Below, one piece after another: positions 58,273 to 64,000 of a stretch of 64,000 bases of DNA (position 1 is the first letter of the stretch; each line of letters starts with the position of its first letter). Source of the stretch: Pelagomonas calceolata (lineage: Eukaryota); NCBI GenBank assembly GCA_918797485.1, contig CAKKNE010000002.1:3906001-3970000 (forward strand). The letters are read 5' to 3'. The notes beneath the pieces were generated by a model. It ran no database searches. It was not told the origin of the DNA and worked only from the letters and a program-made list of their open reading frames with translations. The translations under genes were made by a program, and so were the position numbers.

Positions 58273-59301
58273 ATGACGACGATGGACGCCAGTGCTTCGT
58301 TTTTCACGGCGCTACCGAATGACCTGCTGCAGCGGGTGCTCGTGGGCCTACCCTTTGACGACCACCACGCCGCCACTGGCGCGTGCCAAGCCTTCCGCGG
58401 CGTCATCACTGGCTCGCGTTTTCCCGCGCTACGCCAAAAGTACGGCTTCGCCGAGCGCGGCATCGTCACGGTCAGGCCCGCCGACAGAGGGCGCCAATAC
58501 GACGTGACCTCTCGCCTGCAAATTGTAATGGCGCACAAAAATGAAATTGTGGCAAGCATTCCACAAAATGAAATTCTGATCTCTGGCGGCTCGACGACTG
58601 ACGGCGGTAGCCGGCTGTTTGTCAGCACCAAAACACCGCCGTGGGACGCCACTCCCAATGAAGTTTTGACGGTGGATGTCTCGTCACGCCGATGGAAACG
58701 TTTCGCAACCCTGCCGCAGAAACTAATTGGCCACAGCATCGAGTGGCACGGCGGGCTCCTGTACGTCGCGGGTGGTTGTCGAGACGATGGGCCATCCTAT
58801 ATACTTAACTCTTTCAGCGCATTCAACGAAACAACTGGTTTGTGGGAAGCGTTACCTCCAATGCCAATTAAAACCCTGTGGGCGGCGTCGGGCATTATTG
58901 GCAACCAGTTGTTCATCGCGGGTGGTCGCAATGGGTTAAAGGCACTGCAGATTTATGACATCCCTAGCAGGACGTGGCGATTGGGTCCATGGATCCCAAA
59001 CTCGTACTCACGTTCCGCACAATATGGTGGTTTTGTTGTTGATGGGAAGTTGTGCTTGATGAATGTGCGTGGTAGCCCCATACTGGTCTACGACCCCCAG
59101 GCCAACACGTGGACCGAGGAGGCACCGCGCTCATTTACAATTCGTCTCGCATGCGTCCACGACGGCCGGCTTATCGTCTACCGAGAGAACTCAATCGTGA
59201 TCGCGCGAGCCAACGACGGCTCTTGGTTCCCCTACGCACACGTCGAGCCCCAGAGACATTGGTCTTACACATCTGTCTCCCGCTCTATCCTCCTCGGCTA
59301 A
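58273..59301 (+). CDS. F-box/Kelch repeat protein
   Basis: FTALPNDLLQRVL...ACQAFR F-box; LYVAGG, WEALPPMP, LFIAGG, VYDPQANTW Kelch repeats. Confidence 0.88.
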   Translation: MTTMDASASFFTALPNDLLQRVLVGLPFDDHHAATGACQAFRGVITGSRFPALRQKYGFAERGIVTVRPADRGRQYDVTSRLQIVMAHKNEIVASIPQNEILISGGSTTDGGSRLFVSTKTPPWDATPNEVLTVDVSSRRWKRFATLPQKLIGHSIEWHGGLLYVAGGCRDDGPSYILNSFSAFNETTGLWEALPPMPIKTLWAASGIIGNQLFIAGGRNGLKALQIYDIPSRTWRLGPWIPNSYSRSAQYGGFVVDGKLCLMNVRGSPILVYDPQANTWTEEAPRSFTIRLACVHDGRLIVYRENSIVIARANDGSWFPYAHVEPQRHWSYTSVSRSILLG

Positions 59302-59466
59302 CTAATCGGGCGACCCATATGTACCCTGTAGACTTCATAAGAGAGAATTACTAATGACAGGGGAATAGCGCGAAAAAAGACAGAGACTCCTGAGCTCGTC
59401 GTCGTCCTCGTCGTCCTCGTCGTCCTATCTGAACAAACAGCAGTATTTACACACAAACACAAAGGC

Positions 59467-62400
59467 TCACCAGTTGTCGTCGTCCGACTCCTCCGCGTCG
59501 CGCGCGTCCTCGAAGACCTCCTCCGAGGCCGAGGCGAGCTCGTCCGCCAGCGCCGCCCCGGCCCGCTCGGCGCGCTTCGACCGCAGCGCGTCGGCGGCCG
59601 CCGGGTTCGAGAGTGCGACAGCGAGCGTCTTTTCGGCCTCCGCTGCCGCGGCGACCTCGGCGTCCGACGCCGCGTGCTCGAGGTCCAAATCAATATCTCC
59701 GAAGAGGTCCGCGACGCCCGCGGCGTCCACCGCTATGGACAGACCCGCCACGAGGCTCCGCGCCAGCGCCGCGAGCACGGTCAGCCGCGACGCAGCCGGC
59801 GCGGTATAGGCGTCGCGCACGGCCTCGAGCGGAATCGCCAAGGACACGAAGCCGTCGTCCGCGCCGCGCACCAACACGTTGGCCGGGCCCGCGTACGGCC
59901 GCACCGCGTCATATGATGCAGTTAATGCCTCCAGGACGTTGACGGCGGCCCCGAACAACGCGTTATCATCATCACGCTCGCTTATGATGCACGCGTCTTC
60001 ACCGTTCACGCGCTTTGATACTTTCGGCGCGATGGCCGTCCTCCAGAGCTCGCACGCGCACCAGGCTGAACAGCACCGCGCGGCGCCGTTTTTTGAAGAC
60101 GAGGACTTGCGCACGTCGCTGCACGACGCGGCGAGGGCCCAGCCGTCGTCTATGGAATCCGCGGCTCGCATCAGCGCTCGTAAGCATCGTAAAGCGTCTT
60201 CATCTAGTTCGGGAAACGCCCGGTGGAGCCAGCCTCTTTCAGGTCTCTTCCTTATGAGTTCGGCGAGCTTGGCGCCTTCTCCACCGAGAGCGGCCGGGAC
60301 CTGCTCTTCTGTAGAGCCGGCCGCGGCGTCGGCACAGACCGCGTACGCGAGGCGTCCCCGTTCGTCCCTTAACGCATTCGCCGTCACATCTGACAATTGA
60401 GACGGTCCCTTTGCAACAACCATAGCGCACCGCAACGTAGCTATTTCTCCATCTAGCGTCGCGAGGCCCCAACGATGGTCGTCGGCCGTGAGCGCCCCGT
60501 GGCATCTATCTTCCGCCGCGACGGCGCAGACGCGCACGGCACTTGTAAGTGCACAAGCGAAGGCTAGAGCCTGGACTTGGGAATGCGAGGCCCGGCAGAG
60601 CTTGATACATGGTGTCACGACGGCGCGCGTGTCGGCCGCCAACTCGTGAAGCTGTTTTTCGGCTTTCGAGGGAGGTTGTAATTGAGCCGCCCGCAACACC
60701 GCGGCCCGATCGATGATGTAGAACCTCAACCACTTTTGCAATGAGCCGCTCTCCAGCGCTTTCAGAGCATCATCTGAAGATAATCGTAGGAACCATAAAG
60801 TAGTCGCCAAGGCGCGCTTACCTCTATCCAGGTCTAGCAAAGCGCAAGCCTCATCGATAACCTCGACGGCACCCAAATCACAACTCGCCAACGGGGCGCA
60901 CAACGTGGAAGCGAAGGCGCAACACGATGATGCGAGCGCCGTCGCCGCTTGTGACGCGTCCTCCGTCTTCCCCACGGCCAAGGGCCGAAAGCCGATTCTA
61001 AAAGTCTGGGCGACCATCTCCTTGTAGAACGTGGCCCGGAAGGCCCGGTGGCCCCGGAAGAAGGAAGCGGCGCCGTCTTCACTATTGACAGACTCAACTA
61101 AACCTGCAGGCGCCGCATCCCTTTTCAGCAACATCGCTAGGGCTTGCTCAACCAAAGGATGGGTCTGCTCCGCTGTTGTTGTCAGAGCGAGCCAGGCTCT
61201 AGCTTCTAGCAGGCGCGGGTCGTCTATGCTTGATTGGGCACTGCCAGAGAAGTCCCTCGTAACGAGGTCGCGGGCCTTTTCGCATGATATTAATGCCTTC
61301 GCGCGTTCATCTCGTGACGTTTCGAGGACCGCAATTAAGCATTGGGAGCTCGTAAACGTACGGACACATAAGCCTAAGACGTTTTCTTCACTCTCTTCCT
61401 TAACAGCTTCTTTCATGGCCTTGCGGGCTGCGACCGGGTCGTTCTTGGCGTCGGCTCTTTGTAAAGCGGCGCGGCACCTAGCTTGAGCGCCCGCGAGGCG
61501 CGCTAGTTGTCTTTCTTTGTCCGCGAGGGCCCGACACCTTTCTAAATCCGGCTGCACCGGCTCCAAGACCAAGGAATCACCTCTCAAAGCCGCGAGAAAC
61601 GCCGTCGCGTCCGGCGCTTGTACTAGTGAAGCATTTTCCAATGCAACAGAAAACGCGGCCGCACAGCCCCCGAATCTACAACGCCAGACCCGAATCTGTT
61701 TTCTTTGAGGCGCCAAGATGGCCAGATACAACGACTCCTCTCCATCATCTAATTGGAGCCAGGCGCATTGCGCATCTCTCACACCTTTGAACAATCGAAC
61801 GACGCGGCCGCTCCGCAGGTCCACAAGTAACACTCTGCCTTTATTGTCCGCGACGGCGCATAGTGTGGAAGTGGGCGCGACCCAGACCTTCGACGCCTGT
61901 CGCCTGCTGTCGTCGAAGCACGTCCTCCTGATGTGCAAGGTGCCTCGTTTTCCCGTCGAGAGGTCGACGACGCCTTCTTGCATTTCCTTGGGTTCGACCG
62001 GTCTTAACCACCGCCAGGCGGCCTTGATGAGGGATGACGAGGGCGGTTTTGCGACGAGCTCGGCGATGGTGGGCGACGAGCCGACACCAATCAACGTCTC
62101 CGCGTCGACGGGCGCTAGTGCTGTCGGCGGCTTGCTGAACGTGAAATGAGATGCGGTCGGGGCGCCGTCGAATTTTAAGCGGGTCAGGAGGCTACCGCTG
62201 CGGTACCACGCCTCTTGCGTCGCGCCGGGAGCGACGCACGCAGCGCCGGCCTCATCGCTGACTTTGAGCGTGTACGCCCACGCATCTCCACGTCTGATGC
62301 GCACGAGGCCGTCCTTGGTGCAGACTAATAATAGGTCTCCGCACCAGGCGAGATCATTAATGTCCTCGGCCTCGACGCGCGCGGCGGCGCCGCCTCCGAC

Positions 62401-62481
62401 CGGACCGACGTGGAACGCGTCCGGTTGCGTGGCGTAGGCGACGCGGCCGTCGTTCGAGAGCGTGAGGAGGAGGCGGTCCAT
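59467..62481 (-). CDS. RAB3GAP2: Rab3 GTPase-activating protein non-catalytic subunit-like
   Basis: AVADNKGRVLLVDLRSGRVVRLFKGVRDAQCAW...YLAILAPQRKQIRVW matches the RAB3GAP2 N-terminal signature as recalled. Confidence 0.8.
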   Translation of the reverse strand: MDRLLLTLSNDGRVAYATQPDAFHVGPVGGGAAARVEAEDINDLAWCGDLLLVCTKDGLVRIRRGDAWAYTLKVSDEAGAACVAPGATQEAWYRSGSLLTRLKFDGAPTASHFTFSKPPTALAPVDAETLIGVGSSPTIAELVAKPPSSSLIKAAWRWLRPVEPKEMQEGVVDLSTGKRGTLHIRRTCFDDSRRQASKVWVAPTSTLCAVADNKGRVLLVDLRSGRVVRLFKGVRDAQCAWLQLDDGEESLYLAILAPQRKQIRVWRCRFGGCAAAFSVALENASLVQAPDATAFLAALRGDSLVLEPVQPDLERCRALADKERQLARLAGAQARCRAALQRADAKNDPVAARKAMKEAVKEESEENVLGLCVRTFTSSQCLIAVLETSRDERAKALISCEKARDLVTRDFSGSAQSSIDDPRLLEARAWLALTTTAEQTHPLVEQALAMLLKRDAAPAGLVESVNSEDGAASFFRGHRAFRATFYKEMVAQTFRIGFRPLAVGKTEDASQAATALASSCCAFASTLCAPLASCDLGAVEVIDEACALLDLDRGKRALATTLWFLRLSSDDALKALESGSLQKWLRFYIIDRAAVLRAAQLQPPSKAEKQLHELAADTRAVVTPCIKLCRASHSQVQALAFACALTSAVRVCAVAAEDRCHGALTADDHRWGLATLDGEIATLRCAMVVAKGPSQLSDVTANALRDERGRLAYAVCADAAAGSTEEQVPAALGGEGAKLAELIRKRPERGWLHRAFPELDEDALRCLRALMRAADSIDDGWALAASCSDVRKSSSSKNGAARCCSAWCACELWRTAIAPKVSKRVNGEDACIISERDDDNALFGAAVNVLEALTASYDAVRPYAGPANVLVRGADDGFVSLAIPLEAVRDAYTAPAASRLTVLAALARSLVAGLSIAVDAAGVADLFGDIDLDLEHAASDAEVAAAAEAEKTLAVALSNPAAADALRSKRAERAGAALADELASASEEVFEDARDAEESDDDNW

Positions 62482-62667
62482 CGATGCGCGCTGGTTTGCT
62501 GCTTCGGCGCGCTGGTTTGGCTGCTTCGGGCCCCAAGGCGTGTGAAGCTATGCTCCGCCTCCAATTGTTACGGCTTCGTGCGCCAGCCCACAGATACCGC
62601 CAGAGCTGTGCGCACGTATCAGGTACAGCTCGTAAGGGCGCGGCCCCGGCAGCTCCCGCGTTTGGCA

Positions 62668-62692
62668 GCTAGCGGCGTATAAAGACACTAGC
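62668..62692 (-). promoter_or_regulatory. Recurrent bipartite CTAG motif (divergent spacer)
   Basis: Reverse complement GCTAGTGTCTTTATACGCCGCTAGC. Confidence 0.7.
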
Positions 62693-62853
62693 ACGCAGCG
62701 GTGGCCGGGCTGCACAGGCCGCAGAGCTGCATAGCTCATTGTCCTTGCACGGCAGAATAGCTAAACCAACTCGCACACTTAGCCTGCTACTCCCGCTGCA
62801 GCACTCGCTGTGCAGAAGCGGTCGATTCGCAGCACCACCACTGGCCAATAAGG

Positions 62854-64000
62854 ATGCCGCTCCCGGACCCGACCGGCCCGCACCGCGTCGGCGTCATCGA
62901 AGCGGACGTGCCTGCACGAACGGATGCCGGATGCGTACCGGTCGTCGTCTACTACCCGGCAATCGACGAACCCGACGCGCCGCCGTCGACGGCGCTCTGC
63001 GGCGCGACGAGTAGCGAGCCGGAGCAATTGCGGTGGCTCGACGCGCGCTACGCGGCGGCGCTCGGCAAGAGCCACCTCACGGGCACGCTTGGCGCGTGGT
63101 CCGCCGGGGCGTTGATGGGGAATTTGGGCCCCGCCGCGACGAATTACGAGGTCGTGCGCGCGGCCGTCGGCGCCGATGCCAAACCGCCACCGGCCGGCGG
63201 CTGGCCCGTGGCCGTCTTCTCGCACTCGCTGACGGGCTGGCGGCACGTGAACTCGAGCCTCTGCGCGGAGTTGGCCTCGCACGGCGCTGTCGTGATACAT
63301 ATGGAGCACGCCGACGGCACGGCCTGCCTCTGTACCTCGTCCGAGGACGGCCGCGTTTTGGCCGAGTACGTCGACTGGGCGCGCGAGAAGACAGAGGAGC
63401 TCAAGCAGAGTACGGACGACGTCGGCGCGGCCCTCGAGGCCTGGCGGCGGGCGCAGGTCGCGAGGCGCGTCGTCGAGATCGCCGCGGCGCTCGACGGTTT
63501 GGAAAAGATCTGCGCCCGCGTGCACAGGGGCGGCGCCTTCGCGCGGACGGCGTCGAATGTGGCAGTAATGGGCCAGTCGTTTGGGGGCGCCGCGGCGGTG
63601 GCGTGTCTGCGTGAAAGTCGCTTTTCGCATTGTTGCATCTACGATCCCTGGCTCGACGGCGTGGGCCCGCACCGGCACCCGCTCCCGGACGCGGACTACC
63701 AGGGGAAATTCTCACCGGCCCTGAAGAGACTCGCGCTCTGGTCCTGCGGCGCGAGCCCCTTACAGGAGTCCTGCGGCGCCAACTGGGATTCAATAATGGC
63801 GAAGGCTGGAGGTGTTGGAGTGAGGCACCACGAAGAAAAAGCTGGTCATTTCGCGCAGACCGACGCCCCCGTCGTCTTCGAGCAGGGTCCCCTTTCTTCA
63901 ATTTATTCAGCCCTCGTCTCCAAAGCGGACCAGAGCTCCGACTCCGAGACACTACTGAGAAGGTGCCTAGAGCAGACCGTAGCAGAACTAAGTAGCCTTT
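62854..64000 (+). CDS. PAF-acetylhydrolase-like alpha/beta hydrolase, 3'-partial (absent from the ORF track)
   Basis: Manual translation: MPLPDPTGPHRVG, VYYPA, WPVAVFSHSL, ELASHGAVVIHMEHADGTA, VMGQSFGGA, YDPW, GHFAQTD; open to the window end. Confidence 0.88.
   Translation, partial: MPLPDPTGPHRVGVIEADVPARTDAGCVPVVVYYPAIDEPDAPPSTALCGATSSEPEQLRWLDARYAAALGKSHLTGTLGAWSAGALMGNLGPAATNYEVVRAAVGADAKPPPAGGWPVAVFSHSLTGWRHVNSSLCAELASHGAVVIHMEHADGTACLCTSSEDGRVLAEYVDWAREKTEELKQSTDDVGAALEAWRRAQVARRVVEIAAALDGLEKICARVHRGGAFARTASNVAVMGQSFGGAAAVACLRESRFSHCCIYDPWLDGVGPHRHPLPDADYQGKFSPALKRLALWSCGASPLQESCGANWDSIMAKAGGVGVRHHEEKAGHFAQTDAPVVFEQGPLSSIYSALVSKADQSSDSETLLRRCLEQTVAELSSL

Noticed and set aside
59395..59470. 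Extra acidic terminal exon of RAB3GAP2 via GTGAG...CAG
   Set aside because: Neither available AG puts the GACGACGAG repeat in the Asp/Glu frame; unresolved without RNA data
1..64000. Prokaryotic operon or defence island interpretation
   Set aside because: Spliceosomal introns, eukaryote-specific genes (VPS37, RAB3GAP2, F-box, cytosolic PheRS) and alternating gene orientation

Overview
Gene-dense, very GC/CpG-rich eukaryotic nuclear DNA. It is most consistent with a pelagophyte microalga (Pelagomonas/Aureococcus-like); this is an inference from gene families, compaction, short GT/GC-AG introns and introner-type introns. About 35 protein genes are recognisable, often in alternating orientation: Gfo/Idh/MocA oxidoreductase, PFK, calpain, bestrophin, cystathionine beta-lyase, double O-fucosyltransferase, NSDHL, VPS37, MIP channel, PLMT, dPGM, PheRS-alpha, alpha-kinase, EGLN-like hydroxylase, RAB3GAP2, PAF-AH and several ankyrin/U-box/RING/F-box proteins. 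Standout observations: (1) a 22-25 bp bipartite motif GCTAGTGT(C/G)TTACAnGCCGCTAGC in 11 good copies plus a few weaker ones, almost always in upstream or divergent intergenic spacers; (2) three identical tRNA-Gly(GCC)-like genes with a non-canonical C1:G72/G2:C71 acceptor stem, inside a segmental duplication separated by a higher-order minisatellite; (3) three introner-type introns with TIRs and ~8-bp TSDs, plus a shared intronic hairpin motif; (4) an AT-rich patchwork of DUF285 repeats inserted at a U-box gene start codon; (5) a calpain carrying SIM, zf-GRF, UIM and p97-binding-like motifs. All calls were made by eye; no searches were run.
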